A stretch of 64,000 nucleotides of DNA from Candidatus Marinacidobacterales bacterium. GTDB taxonomy: Bacteria; Acidobacteriota; Vicinamibacteria; Marinacidobacterales; DATDRI01. Location: the NCBI GenBank assembly GCA_965219415.1, contig CBDCNP010000002.1, forward strand, positions 4,160,001 to 4,224,000. Direction: 5' to 3'. This document shows, one piece after another, positions 14,259 to 26,075 of this stretch; the stretch's first letter is position 1; each line of letters starts with the position of its first letter. The notes under the pieces are model-generated. The model ran no database searches, was not told the origin of the DNA, and saw nothing but the letters and a program-made list of their open reading frames with translations. A program made the position numbers and the translations under genes.

Positions 14259-14490
14259 ACCGTCGGAATCGGTCGCGATGCCAACGGGCCACGGTGTTCG
14301 CGTGGACGATGAGCAGGCGGCTCGCCCACACGGGCCACGAACCTCGAAGGGCAACCCAGAAAGCCCGTTCCGTGTCTTCGAGCGGTGGGCGTGGGCGCTC
14401 TTTCTTCAGCGCCGTCACTTGCTGCCGCAAAGCAACGTTCTCCAACACCAGGTCGGCGCGGCGCCGACACATCGCCCGAATGGCACGGAC
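14259..14490 (-). pseudogene. 5' fragment of an rve-type transposase
   Basis: ADLVLENVALRQQV...TVARWHR; cut at the end at 14258. Confidence 0.7.
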
Positions 14491-14509
14491 GACGCGGAAC
14501 AAACCTATG

Positions 14510-15319
14510 CTATTGGGGTTTTCGACCTACGAATTCGCTCGTTGACGCGCTGATTCCCATAAATCGGGCTATGGCATCGAACCAGGAGGTCGGTAGTAGT
14601 CGGATCAAAGGGATGCTCTGAACCATGAGCGGGGTGTGAAGCTGGGCGCGATTCGTCTCGATCGCCCGGAGGATTTTGTCGACGACCTTCTGTTCTTTCA
14701 AGATCGGCAGCAAGAACGAGAATCGCGTCTTCACGCCTTCGAACATCCCAGTGTCGATGTAGTACGGGCACACGACGGTGGTGCGGATGGCCGAGCCCCG
14801 CTGTTTCAGCTCGACGCGGAGCGATTCGTCGAGCCCGACCGCGGCGAACTTGGTGGCGCAATAGTCGGTCAAACGGGGCACGCCGATGAGCCCCGCGGCC
14901 GATGCGATGGTGACGATGTGACCCCGGTTCCGCTCGATCATCGACGGAAGGAAGGCTTTGATCATCCAAAAGAGCGAGTGGGTATTGACCGTCAAGCTCT
15001 TTTCGATCTGCTCGTCGGGGATCTCGAGGAGGCTCTTACCGCTGACCACGCCGGCGTTATTAACGAGGATGTCGACGGGCTCGGGGATGGCCTTGGCGGC
15101 GGCGTAGACCGTGCTTCGGTCGGACACGTCGCACACGACGCTCAGGGCGCTCGCGCCAAGAGCTTCGACCTCGTCGACGACAATGTCGAGGCCGGCGCCA
15201 TCAATATCCCAAAGATACAGCGCCTCGCCGCCGCGCTTGGCGATACCCAACGCCATCAGGCGGCCGAGGCCGCTCGCGGCACCGGTTACCACCACGTGGG
15301 CGCCCCGAAGCTCGGTCAT
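14510..15319 (-). CDS. Short-chain dehydrogenase/reductase
   Basis: TGAASGLG, NNAG, YCATK (YxxxK). Confidence 0.92.
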   Translation of the reverse strand: MTELRGAHVVVTGAASGLGRLMALGIAKRGGEALYLWDIDGAGLDIVVDEVEALGASALSVVCDVSDRSTVYAAAKAIPEPVDILVNNAGVVSGKSLLEIPDEQIEKSLTVNTHSLFWMIKAFLPSMIERNRGHIVTIASAAGLIGVPRLTDYCATKFAAVGLDESLRVELKQRGSAIRTTVVCPYYIDTGMFEGVKTRFSFLLPILKEQKVVDKILRAIETNRAQLHTPLMVQSIPLIRLLPTSWFDAIARFMGISASTSEFVGRKPQ

Positions 15320-15754
15320 GGGGAGCGATTCTATCTTCCATACTGGCGCTTTTATACTGGCGCTTTGCCGATACGGGTTCTCCTGGCGAGTGATTGAGTT
15401 TTGGCACAGGACGCGGACGCAACACTATCAAGAGGGTCCTCGCCGAGCACGGTATCGCTGCTGCGCCGGAGCGGGGCAGGAGCATGTCGTGGAGCACCTT
15501 CATCAAGGCTCCGTAGGCGAGTGCGTTTGCTTTCTTACTGGCTTCTTTGATTTCCTAGGCATTGGTGGCTCCTTGTCCCCCTCTGGAGACGGTTTATTGG
15601 CAGACCTATTCTTAGGCCGGCCAAGGAGCCGCCGCTACCCCAAATTCAACATCCGGCGGGACATCCCCGTTGATTGCGGGCAAGCAGGCTGTCTTCCTTC
15701 ACGCCTTGACGATGGTTTGCCGGTCAACGGTCAAGTCACTCTAAATGGACGACA

Positions 15755-17167
15755 TCAAAGTTCGTCGTTCTCTTCCGGCATGAGGACGAACTCCGGATAC
15801 GCCTCTATCCCCAGCTCCGCGGCATCCTGACCCAACTGCTCGACTCGATCCGACACGCGGATGCCGAGCGTTATAGCCAAACCCTTCCAGAGCAGGCACG
15901 AAAGGATGAAGACGAACACCCCGATGGCCACGATGCCCAGCAACTGCACCCAGATGCTGCCGTCGCCGAAGATGCTGGCCGCCAGCGTGCCCCAGACGCC
16001 CGCAAACAGGTGCGCCGGGACGGCTCCGACCACGTCGTCCACCCGGAGTTTTTCCAGCAGCTTCATGGCGGCCGTGCAGAGGATGCCCCCGATTGCGCCG
16101 ATCAGGATCGCCCAGTGGTGCCCGACCAGTCCGGGGCCGGCCGTAATCGAGACCAAGCCCGCGATGGCACCGTTCAAGCCGACGAGCAGTTCGACCCGCC
16201 CCAGAAGTGGGCGCGACATGGCGATGGCTGCGATGACGCCGGCCGCGCCGGCTAGGTTCGTGTTGACCAGCACATGGCTCATCGCCACCACGTCGGCGGC
16301 GCTTCCCAGCGCTAGCTGCGAACCACCGTTGAAGCCGAACCAGCCGAACCAGAGAATGAACACTCCCAGGGTGACCATCGGAATGTTGGACGGCGGCGTC
16401 GGCTTCGTGGTTCCGTCTCTCCGGAACTTACCGCGACGCGGTCCGATCATCAGCGCGCCCGCCAGCGCCGCCCATCCGCCGGTGCCGTGCACGATGGTCG
16501 ACCCGGCGAAGTCCTGGAACCCCAGCTGGTGCAGCCATCCCCCGCCCCAGGTCCAGGCACCCACAATCGGATAGATGAACGCCGTCAGCACCAGCGTGAA
16601 GATGAAGAAAGACCAGATCTTGACGCGCTCGGCCAACGCCCCCGATACGATCGAGGCCGCGGTCGCCACGAAGACCATCTGGAAGAACCAGTCCGACATC
16701 ACCGCGTACCCGTTGGCGATCACCGCAGCCTGCGTATCCGCGTCCGCCTGTCCTCCCAGCAGCGCGGCCTCCTCGGGCGACGGGCCGTAGAAGAGGGTGA
16801 ACGACCCGATCCATCGCCCGACATCGACGTACATCAGGTTGTAGCCGATAACGTAGAACGCGATCCCGGCGATCGCATACAGGCCGATGTTCTTGAGGCA
16901 GATGACCGACGCGTTCTTCGTGCGCACCGATCCGGACTCGAGCATGGTGAATCCGGCGGCCATCCACATCACCAAACCGCCCCATATAAGAAAGGAAAGC
17001 GTATTGAAAATAAACCTGGTCTCGTCGGTTACCTGTGCGTATGTTGGAGTCGGGATCGCCAGCAGCACCAGCATCACAGTGAAACTCGAAGCAAAGATGG
17101 CCCTGCGCCGCAATCGGCCCGAACTTCTACGAGCCCTGGCAAGTCCTAGCATTTCTTCTCCTTCCAT
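15755..17167 (-). CDS. amtB: Ammonium transporter (start uncertain, possibly later)
   Basis: AGFTMLESG, DFAGSTIVH, WFGWFGFNGGS, DDVVGAVPAH. Confidence 0.93.
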   Translation of the reverse strand: MEGEEMLGLARARRSSGRLRRRAIFASSFTVMLVLLAIPTPTYAQVTDETRFIFNTLSFLIWGGLVMWMAAGFTMLESGSVRTKNASVICLKNIGLYAIAGIAFYVIGYNLMYVDVGRWIGSFTLFYGPSPEEAALLGGQADADTQAAVIANGYAVMSDWFFQMVFVATAASIVSGALAERVKIWSFFIFTLVLTAFIYPIVGAWTWGGGWLHQLGFQDFAGSTIVHGTGGWAALAGALMIGPRRGKFRRDGTTKPTPPSNIPMVTLGVFILWFGWFGFNGGSQLALGSAADVVAMSHVLVNTNLAGAAGVIAAIAMSRPLLGRVELLVGLNGAIAGLVSITAGPGLVGHHWAILIGAIGGILCTAAMKLLEKLRVDDVVGAVPAHLFAGVWGTLAASIFGDGSIWVQLLGIVAIGVFVFILSCLLWKGLAITLGIRVSDRVEQLGQDAAELGIEAYPEFVLMPEENDEL

Positions 17168-17469
17168 CCGATTCGGGTGTACGAACGCCTTCTAGGAAGT
17201 TGTACGGCCGGCCAACCTGCTGGAAAGGTGCTTCCTCCATTAAGTGTTGGTTAGATGACGCTAAGACTTTACGGTGCATTAAATTACAGCCAACATAGCG
17301 CTCACAACCTTCGCCGCGCGCTAAATGGAACGTAAGCGCCTTTTTTGCAAAGAGATGCGTACACATCACCAACAGCAAACAGCGCAAGCACTGGCGGAAG
17401 CACCACCGGGAACACCGTTTGGAGCCACCTACCACCAACGCCCGCTCGTCCCTTCCCGTGCATGTCTGC

Positions 17470-17877
17470 GGGATGTGTCCCGAGGTCCGTGGAAAAAGAA
17501 CAGCGCCCTCCACTCCGTCATCAGAGTATCAGATCAGGCGGCAACCTGCGCGTGTTCGAGAACCTCGCTCAGATGTTGGTAGCCGTCGATGCGTCGTAGT
17601 TGAATCTGGCCAGAGGCGATAAGCCCAAATAGCAAAGCGACCGCGGACTCCTCGCTGGAGAACGACGCTTGGGTTTTCGTCCGGCGTCGAAACTCGCGGT
17701 TGAGATTCTCCAGAGCATTGGTCGTTCGAATCGATTTCCACATGGCACGAGGGAATTCGTAGAAGGTCAGCAGCTGATTACCGGCCCCCTCTAGGCTTCG
17801 GACGACGCGAGAGGCGTCCACTTGGCGACGAGCTCGCCATAGGCTTTGCGAGCGGCGACCTGCCTTGGTGCACAACT
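17470..17877 (-). mobile_element. IS256-family 3' relic with terminal repeat
   Basis: IRTTNALENLNREFRRR; end GGGATGTGTCCCG also at 19171 and 34155; diverged relic near 32025-32199. Confidence 0.8.
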
Positions 17878-18214
17878 GGTGCTTCCGCCATCAAGTGTTG
17901 CTACGCCGTGTTTGAATGCTAGTGTCAGCTGGCCTGCCTGTGTCGGCGAACGCCATTGATAAGGATGTCGGCGTGCACACGAAGGCGTCCCTGAACGTCA
18001 GGCACCGTATGGTCAGCCCAGCCCGCATCGCCGAAAGAACTGCGTCTCTCGAAATCAGGCTCAAACTCTAGCACACGAGCGGGTTACGCGGCAGCCACCA
18101 ACACTTAATTGCGGAAGCACCCAGTGGTCTGGGAAAGCCCCGGGCCGCTGCTCCACCCCTACCCGGGGGCGTCCACTGGGACAACCCCGGAAGGGGACGA
18201 ATACAATGCTTCCG

Positions 18215-18874
18215 CTACTTCGGTTGGGGAACGATCCGGATGTAGGGTAGCGGCGACTGCCAACCGGCAGGATACTTCTTCTTGGCCTCGTCGTCGGACA
18301 CGGCTGGAACAATGATCACGTCGTTGCCCTGTTTCCAATTGACCGGTGTTGCCACCTTGTGGGTCGCTGTGAGTTGGCAGGAGTCTAGGAGGCGGAGGAT
18401 CTCATCGAAGTTGCGGCCCGTGCTCATCGGGTAAGTCAAGGTCGCCTTGATCTTCTTATCGGGGCCGATGATAAACACGGACCGGGCCGTCGCGTTGTCC
18501 GCCGCCGTCCTTCCGGTGGAGGTGTCGCCCTCGTCCGCCGGCAGCATGTCGTAGAGCTTGACGACCTTCAGTTCTGGATCCCCGATCAGCGGATAGTTGA
18601 TCGCGTGTCCCTGGGATGCCTCGATTTCCTTCGACCACCTCTTGTGGTCGCTGACTCCATCGACGCTGATGCCGAGAACCTTGCAGTTGCGCTTTTCGAA
18701 CTCAGGCTTGAGCCCCGCCATATAGCCGAGTTCCGTCGTGCAGACCGGCGTGAAGTCCTTTGGATGCGAGAACAAGATGGCCCAACCTTCGCCAATCCAA
18801 TCATGAAAGTTGACCGTCCCTTCTGTCGTTTCTGCGTTAAAGTTCGGCGCTTCGTCATTGATTCTGAGCGTCAT
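18215..18874 (-). CDS. 1-Cys peroxiredoxin (Prx6 type)
   Basis: SHPKDFTPVCTTELG and GRNFDEILR. Confidence 0.93.
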   Translation of the reverse strand: MTLRINDEAPNFNAETTEGTVNFHDWIGEGWAILFSHPKDFTPVCTTELGYMAGLKPEFEKRNCKVLGISVDGVSDHKRWSKEIEASQGHAINYPLIGDPELKVVKLYDMLPADEGDTSTGRTAADNATARSVFIIGPDKKIKATLTYPMSTGRNFDEILRLLDSCQLTATHKVATPVNWKQGNDVIIVPAVSDDEAKKKYPAGWQSPLPYIRIVPQPK

Positions 18875-19620
18875 AATTCCCTCCAGAGCATGTGAACGAC
18901 CCGTTAACCGGTTTGAATGTGAAAAATCTAAGGCGATGACCGTTGTTGAAATACTCGATTCAACTCGGCTCCCAAGACAGCCTCCTCCTGAAGACTCGAC
19001 AGACCTGGGTAGCCCGGAACTGCCAAGAGAGAGTTCGTCCCCAAGGTGCTTAGTCTCAGATCCCAAACGCTATGAAGTACGGTTGCACGCTTAAATGCTA
19101 CTCAGTTTCAACGGGTCGGACAAGTGCAATCGCGCGTCGGGTGCAGAAGGAGCACACTTTCTTAATTATTGGGATGTGTCCCGAGGTCCGTGGAAAAAGA
19201 ACGGCACCCTCCACTCCGTCATCAGAGTATCATATCAGGCGGCAACCTCCGCGTGTTCGAGAACCTCGCTCAGACGTTGGTAGCCGTCGATGCGTCGTCG
19301 TCCTGTGCCAAAACTCGGCCCTTTTGAAATAGGCCATAAATCAGCAGCTTAGTGTCTGTGTTTGCGACCGGGCCAAGGGCCGTGGGCTTTACAATCGTCT
19401 GGCCCGAGGGTGCTATCTTCAGATCCAGTACCATCCATTGACCACCAGCAGGGCCACCGGCAACCACCGCCGCACGCCGCTAGCGACCGCACTTCCTGGA
19501 TTAGCTGCCGGAAGAGAGAGCAAGCCGGTTTCCCGCATCGCCGAGCCATTCATCCAGTTTCGACCACCGCCGCCGTCCCGAGACATTGCGCACGGCGATG
19601 GCCACAGCCTTCTTCTGGCC

Positions 19621-20247
19621 GACCAACCCATTCGACGGCTTTCTGCGCGGCAAGCGATTCCTCATCCTGGAACCGCGACAAGAAGTTCACCACGGAGTTT
19701 CGCGATTTGCTCGAGCACGCCGGAACGGACGTCATTCGGCTGCCGCACCGTTCGCCGAATCTGAACGCTTATGTCGAAAGGTTTGTTTTGTCGATCAAGA
19801 GCGAGTGCTTGGATGCATCATGAACGGGCCACCCGGCCCCGGAGTGATTCCGGCAATGTGCACTTTTCGCGAAGACAGCTCGATGACGACGAGCACATAG
19901 TAGGTCACGAGCCTGCGAACTGTGGCGACCTCGACGGTGAAGAAGTCGGTCGCAGCAACGGTTTCCCAATGGGCGGCGAGAAACGTGCGCCATGGCGTTC
20001 GCTCACTTCGCTCCGGCGCGGGCTCGATGCCATGTTCTCGCAGAACATTGGCGATGGTGCTCCTGGCTACCGTATGGCCGAGATTCGAGAGGGCGCCGCG
20101 AATGCGTGTATACCCCCACCTCGGATTCGACTTCGCCATCCCTACGACAAGCTTGCTAATCTCGGCCATGACCCGGGGCCGTCCGGGCTGTTTCCGCCGC
20201 TCGCTGTAGTCCCACTTCCGCGCAATCAGCCTTCGGTGCCAAGCCAG
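19621..20247. pseudogene. Two oppositely oriented pieces of an rve transposase
   Basis: + piece TNPFDGFL...[16 protein letters not shown]; - piece NPRWGYTRI...GPFMM. Confidence 0.75.
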
Positions 20248-21505
20248 TGAAGTGACCCCGCTTTCGTGGACAGGTTAAGAGTTAGGGATCAAGCGTCGCG
20301 ATAGTACCTCCTTTCGAATTGGATAGGCGAGCAATAGTCGATGGCGGAGTGTCGTCGTCGCGGGTTGTACCAGCCTTCGATGAAATCGAAGGTCGCCATG
20401 CGCGCCTCAGCGTGGTAGCGAAACGACCGGCGCTCGATCAGCTCGCACTCGAGCGTCGCGAAGAAGCTCTCGCACATCGCATTGTCGTAACAGTCCCCGA
20501 CCGAACCCATCGACGGTCGCACCCCGGCCTCCCGGCATCGCTGGCCGAACGCTAGTGACGTGTACTGCGTGCCCTGGTCCGAGTGATGGATGACGTCGCC
20601 GGGCTTGCGTTGGAACAGCGCCATGTCGAGGGCGCTCAAGACGAGCGACGTCCGCAGGTGGGTAGCCATTGCCCATCCGACGATGCGTCGGCTGAAGGCG
20701 TCCAGCACGACGGCGAGGAACAAGAAGCCCGACCACGTGGGCACGTAGGTGATATCGGCGACCCACAGGCGGTCGGGCCGGTCCACCTCGAAATTCCTGT
20801 CGACGAGATCGGGGGCGGGACGGGCGTCGTCACAGCGAATCGTAGTGTGCGCCCTCTTGCGCCGGTGAACACCTTGAATGCCAGCCTCGCGCATCAGCCG
20901 CGCTACACGCTTGCGTGAGACGTGGAGCTCGTGTGTCTCTCGTAGCTCGTGGAGAATCCTCGGCGCGCCGTACGTGCTCCGCGACGCGGTGTGAATCGCC
21001 CGGATCTTCTCAAGCAACTCCGCATCCGACACCGCGCGGGCCGACGGGGCACGCTCAAGCCACGCATAGTAGCCGCTGGCGGAGACGTCCAGCAGTCGGC
21101 ACATCGTGGCAACCGGTAGTGAATCCTGGTTCGCCCTCACGAATCGGAAGGCTTCGGTGGTACCGACTCGGTCTCCCGAGCGAACCAGGCCGCGGCTTTT
21201 GAGAGGATCTCCCGCTCCAACCGTAGTTGACGGTTCTCCCGTCGCAGGCGGCGGAGCTCCGCACGCTCCTCACTCGTCAGACCGTCCTGCCTGCGACCCT
21301 CGTCGAGATCCGCCTGGTTCACCCAGTTCCGGATCGTCTGGCCCGAGGGCTCAAACTCTCGCGCCAGCTCTTCAGAGCCGCGGCCAGCTCGCACCAGCTC
21401 TACCATTTGGCGCCGGAACTCGGCCGCGTATCTGTTTCCCTGCTTTGACATCGTGGACTCCTGTCTCCCAAAGGATTAGGTGTCCACGAAAGCGGGTCAA
21501 GTCCA
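20248..21505 (-). mobile_element. IS3-family element, 1258 bp, copy 1
   Basis: TG...CA ends with IRs; orfA 21137-21451, orfB 20289-21140 (WVADIT, HHSDQG, ESFF); no flanking duplication. Confidence 0.93.
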
Positions 21506-21507
21506 GC

Positions 21508-21631
21508 GGTGCTTCCGCAGTCAAGTGTTGGTGGCCGTTGCGTAACCTGTTCGCGTGCTAGAGTTTTGCCTGATTTCGAGAGGCACAGTTCTTTCGTCGA
21601 TGCCAGCTGGGCCGAGTTTTAGCGCAGGACG
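21508..21631. mobile_element. Hybrid MITE type 2 (IS1-type end + rve-type end), 124 bp
   Basis: Second copy at 57662-57785. Confidence 0.75.
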
Positions 21632-21723
21632 AGATGCGGCGGCGGGTCCGTCGTTCACACCATCGATTCTCGAGCCCTAGGTCAGCGAACACGTGGCCGC
21701 TGCACCATGCGATCTGCATCGCT

Positions 21724-22020
21724 TCACACCGACGGATGCGGCTGGTATCGCTCGACGTTGATCCGATCTTCGTCCTTGCGCGCTTGGACGAGATCCCAAG
21801 TGGTCTGTCGGCGCAGCCAGAACTCGGCATTGGACCAGCCCGCCTTCTCAAGCCGAATGGCCATCTCCGGGGAGATGGCCGCGTGGCCGTTCAGAACCCG
21901 CGAGAGGGTGTGACGGGCGACACCCAGCACCTTCGCCGCTTCGGTCACGTTCAAACCGAGCGGGTCCAGGCAGTTCTTGCGGATGCTGCGTCCGGGATGC
22001 GGGGGATTGCTCATCGCCAT
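21724..22020 (-). CDS. higA: HigA-family antitoxin
   Basis: [18 protein letters not shown]. Confidence 0.9.
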   Translation of the reverse strand: MAMSNPPHPGRSIRKNCLDPLGLNVTEAAKVLGVARHTLSRVLNGHAAISPEMAIRLEKAGWSNAEFWLRRQTTWDLVQARKDEDRINVERYQPHPSV

Positions 22021-22034
22021 GTTGCTGCCTCCTG

Positions 22035-22313
22035 CTAGTGGTAGTCGATCAGGTCGACATCGTAGGCATCGCCATCTTCGAAGCGGAAGATCACCCGCCA
22101 GTTGCCGGAAATCGAGATGCTCCAGTACCCCTTCAGTCCGCCCTTCAGCGGGTGAAGCCGGTAGCCGGGCAGGTCGAGGTCCGAGGGCTTGCGGGCATCG
22201 TCAAGGTCCGTCAAGGCGAGCGCGACGCGGTCCGCGAGGTCGGGACCCACTCGGCTCGGATCGCCACGCTCGTACATGCGCTTCAGACCACGATGACGAA
22301 ACCTTCGGATCAT
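22035..22313 (-). CDS. higB: HigB/RelE-family toxin
   Basis: [31 protein letters not shown]; lies upstream of the antitoxin. Confidence 0.9.
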   Translation of the reverse strand: MIRRFRHRGLKRMYERGDPSRVGPDLADRVALALTDLDDARKPSDLDLPGYRLHPLKGGLKGYWSISISGNWRVIFRFEDGDAYDVDLIDYH

Positions 22314-22319
22314 GAGGGA

Positions 22320-22340
22320 GTGTACCGCATACCGGTACAC
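22320..22340. promoter_or_regulatory. Likely HigA operator
   Basis: Perfect inverted repeat GTGTACCG-N5-CGGTACAC just upstream of the higB start. Confidence 0.6.
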
Positions 22341-22536
22341 ATTTCAATTGGGGAATCCCGTCCTGTGCCAAAACTCGGCCCTTTTGAAATAGCCCATAAA
22401 TCAGCAACTTAGAGTCTGTGTTTGCGGCCGTGCCCAGGGCCGAGCGCGAACAAACGACGAAATCATGCAGGCATAGTCCCGGCAGATCGGAGACCGATCA
22501 GGTTCGGGGCGCGCGGATGAATAAATAGAAGGCACA

Positions 22537-23678
22537 GGCCAGCGCTATTCGCGCTTGCCGGCAGAGGAGTGAGGAGCTCGTTGCCGAGACCTTGGTGGTT
22601 CCGTTCTGTGTGATAGTGCACTACGTATTCGGTTACCGCTGTGCGCAGGTGTCGCTCACTGAGAGGTACGAAGCGGTCGAGACACTCTCGACGTATGGAG
22701 AGAACGAATCTTTCCGCGTATGCGTTCAGATTCGGACTGTTCGCTGGAAGGCGGAGGGGCTTCACACCTGAATCTCTCAAGAGCCCACGTACCGCCTCGG
22801 TGAATAGCGGGTTCCCGGTCGTGGATGAGGTACCGCTTGCCAAGGAGGAAACCATCCCACAGGTCAGTGAGGTTTCTTGCCGCCTGCTTCATCCACTCCC
22901 CGTTTGGGTCCGAGGTCATCCCACCGATGCATACGCAGCGAGTGGCGATATCGATGACAAACAGGACATGGTAGCGGACGAGCCCGAACGGGTTCACCAC
23001 CTCGACGGTGAACAGGTCTGTCGCAGCGATGGCGCCCCAATGAGCCTTGAGGAAAGTGCTCCACGACATGCTCTTGCCCCGCTCCGGAGCCGGCGCGATA
23101 CCGTGCTCGGCGAGGAGCCTCTTGAATGGTGTTGCGTCCGAGTTCATGTCCGAGGTTCTTGAGTGCACCCCGCAGGCGCGTATATCCCCACGTCGGGTTC
23201 TCCTGCGCCACGCGCACAATGAGCTCACGGATGTCCTTCGCCGTCGGAGGTCGGCCTGGGCTCCGGTTCTTGCTGCCATCGTACTTGGCTGCGATGAGGC
23301 AGCGGTACCAGCGCAGGAGCGTAGCGGGTGTGGCAACCGACGCAATCTGGGCCAGCGCCTCGCGGCCTAAAGCTTGGGCCTTGACCGCGAGCCTGCGCCG
23401 GTCGTCGTCCGAGAGACTGAGACGCTTGCCCCGAAGCTCGGCTCGGAGCACACGGTTCTCCTCTTGCAGGTAGTCGATCACATCCTGCTGCTGGCGGTTG
23501 ACCCAGCCAGCCAGAACGAGCAGCAGGAATTGCACGTGGTAGGTCATCATGGGTCTGAAGATAACACCCTCGGGCCAGACGATTGTAAAGCCCACGGCCC
23601 TTGGCCCGGTCGCAAACACAGACACTAAGCTGCTGATTTATGGCCTATTTCAAAAGGGCTGAGTTTTGGCACAGGACG
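22537..23678 (-). pseudogene. Decayed copy of the rve transposase element with its upstream end
   Basis: Highly similar to 38722-39861 but frameshifted and 3'-truncated by the MITE at 22536. Confidence 0.85.
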
Positions 23679-23848
23679 CGGGACCGACTAGGCGCTAGTA
23701 GCCGACTTCACGGCCGTGGTGACGTTGCGTTTACTTCGTCCTCGTCCGATAGAATGCTCTGCCAAATTGTTCACCGACCAGCTGGTCTCGGAACCAGTTT
23801 TCGGGGGGAGGTCCGCCGGATTTTCCTAAAGATTAAAGGTCGAGCGAT

Positions 23849-24400
23849 CTACGACGTAGTCTTCGCCGCCGGCGCGTGCTGCGCCATGCGCTCCTGCATC
23901 TGTCGGGTGAGATGCGGCACCAGACCGATCATGCGCTGAAGCAGCATGAGTTGACCGCGGTGGTGCATCTCGTGCTCCTTTGGTGACAGGAGCATCTCGA
24001 AACGCGTCTTGGTCGCAGGCTCCGCGCCGGGGGGCATCGCGACGGGTTCCGCAAGAAACTCATCCGACAGGCCCTCGAGGAACGACGCGAAAGCCTCTCC
24101 CTGTGATTTGAGGTAGGTGATCGTTTCTGCTTTGGTCCGCGGCTTGGCCTCTTCCGCGCTGAACTTCTGGAACAGCTCCATGAAGTTCACGTCCTTGAGG
24201 TCGGTGACCTTGTTGCGCTGGATATAGTCCTGAAACCCGGTGCTCACCGCGATGTGGGCCAGGGTGGCACCGATGCTGCGCGTGTCGGGACTCGCCTGGA
24301 ATCCGTACTTGTCCCCAGGAATGTCCTCGGCGGTCTGAATGGTGTTGCCGCGAACCTGGCGAAAGCTTCGTGCCAGGTCCTTGCCTCCGTAGTGCGTCAT
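23849..24400 (-). CDS. DinB/YfiT-family protein
   Basis: LAHIA and HEMHHRGQL histidine motif. Confidence 0.85.
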   Translation of the reverse strand: MTHYGGKDLARSFRQVRGNTIQTAEDIPGDKYGFQASPDTRSIGATLAHIAVSTGFQDYIQRNKVTDLKDVNFMELFQKFSAEEAKPRTKAETITYLKSQGEAFASFLEGLSDEFLAEPVAMPPGAEPATKTRFEMLLSPKEHEMHHRGQLMLLQRMIGLVPHLTRQMQERMAQHAPAAKTTS

Positions 24401-25046
24401 TGCGATGTTTCCTCCGATTTCGATATCAGGATCTACTCAAGCTGGCTCGACAGCAGTCGCTGTCGGGTCAGCTCGATGTGCTGCTCCTCGTCGTGGCTGG
24501 CGACAATCACCAGCTCGGGCTCGGTGCGTGACAGCTCGTTCAACCGGGATTTCCATTTTGGCCGTCCTGGTCGGTACCGTTATACACCAAGCGACCTTCC
24601 GCGTGGGCCGGGTGTGTTCGTGGCCGTTTGGTCAAAATACTCGAACGCCAGCGGGTCAGCAGTTTGCATCTTTCCAAAGGCCTGTGCCTTCTATTTATTC
24701 ATCCGCCAGCCCATGGGTCGGAAGTCAGCCCTGCGGCGCGAAATACCCTAGATTCTGCGCGGATTCCAAGGGCGTCTAAGCTGCTGATTTGTGGTCTATT
24801 TCTAAAGGGCCGAGTTTTGGCACAGGACGGGGTCCCGGAACATATTCGCTCCGATAACGGCCCGGAGTTTACGGCCGCGGCTGTCCAAGAACACAAACGA
24901 ACTCAAGCCCCGCGCGCCGGGATGTTTCGGATTAGAGTGGTCTAGGCTTGGTTTGGCAATGGAAGCTAGAATCCTCGGTCATGAGGACGCCGATCCAGCC
25001 CTGGACCCTTGCGCGCCTCGCGTCCTGACAGTACTCGCGAAACGTC

Positions 25047-26075
25047 TCACCTGTCGAACATACCGCCGATCCCGCCAAGCCCACCCAGCACGGAGCCCTC
25101 TCCCCTGCCGCCCGTGCCCGTCTGAGGAGCGGCTTCGTGAATGCGCCCCGCAAGTCGGCTGAACGGAAGTGACTGCAACCACACGGTGCCCGGCCCCGTC
25201 AGGCTGGCGAAGAAAAAGCCTTCACCGCCGAAGATGGCGGATTTGATGCCTCCGACAAATTCAATTTCATAACTTACGGTCGGCTCAAGGGCCACGAGAC
25301 ACCCGGTGTCGACCCTTAGGTTCTCTCCCGCCCCCAGCTGCTTTTCAGCGATCGTGCCGCCAGCATGGAGAAAGGCGAGGCCGTCACCTTCAAGGCTCTG
25401 CATGATGAAGCCTTCACCCCCGAAAAGCGCGACACCGATCTTCTTCTGGAAGGCGATGCTGATCGCAACGCCCTTCGCCGCGCACAAGAAGGCGTTCTTC
25501 TGGCAGATGAGGCGTCCTCCCATGCGATTGAGATCGGCGGGCAGGATCTTACCCGGATGGGGAGCGGCGAAGGCGACGTGTTGTTTTCCCAAACCATGGT
25601 TCACGAATTCAGTGATGAACAAGCTCTCACCGGTGAGCACTCGCTTGCCTGCGCCAAGGAGCCGATCCATGAGGCCTCCGCCAGAGGACGAGCCGTCGCC
25701 AAAGATAGTGCTCATCTGGATTCCCGACGTCATGTACATCATGGCCCCGGCTTCCGCGACTGCGCCTTCACCCGGGTCGAGTTCGATCTCGACAAACTGC
25801 ATCTCGGAGCCCACAATGTTGTAGTCCACCTCGTGTGCTCGCCGTCCTGACTCCGTAGGCAGCGCGGGTAGAGCTCCGGCTCCATCCCTACCCGAAAAGA
25901 TATCCGAGAGTTCGGTGATCTCGCTCGCCGCGACCCAGCCCGACATGCCTTGTTTGAAAACCAGCGTTTCCTGGTTGTACTCACCGGAGCGAAAGCCGCT
26001 GACGAGCTCGAGCTTCGTCATCGGGCCGATACTTTGGCCTCCGACGGCGACGTGCCACTCCTTCGCCTCTGTCAT
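25047..26075 (-). CDS. TIGR00266/AIM24-family protein with N-terminal GYF_2-like domain
   Basis: W..A..GQSIGP..W; AEAGAMMY, TGESLF, FGGEGF repeats. Confidence 0.85.
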   Translation of the reverse strand: MTEAKEWHVAVGGQSIGPMTKLELVSGFRSGEYNQETLVFKQGMSGWVAASEITELSDIFSGRDGAGALPALPTESGRRAHEVDYNIVGSEMQFVEIELDPGEGAVAEAGAMMYMTSGIQMSTIFGDGSSSGGGLMDRLLGAGKRVLTGESLFITEFVNHGLGKQHVAFAAPHPGKILPADLNRMGGRLICQKNAFLCAAKGVAISIAFQKKIGVALFGGEGFIMQSLEGDGLAFLHAGGTIAEKQLGAGENLRVDTGCLVALEPTVSYEIEFVGGIKSAIFGGEGFFFASLTGPGTVWLQSLPFSRLAGRIHEAAPQTGTGGRGEGSVLGGLGGIGGMFDR

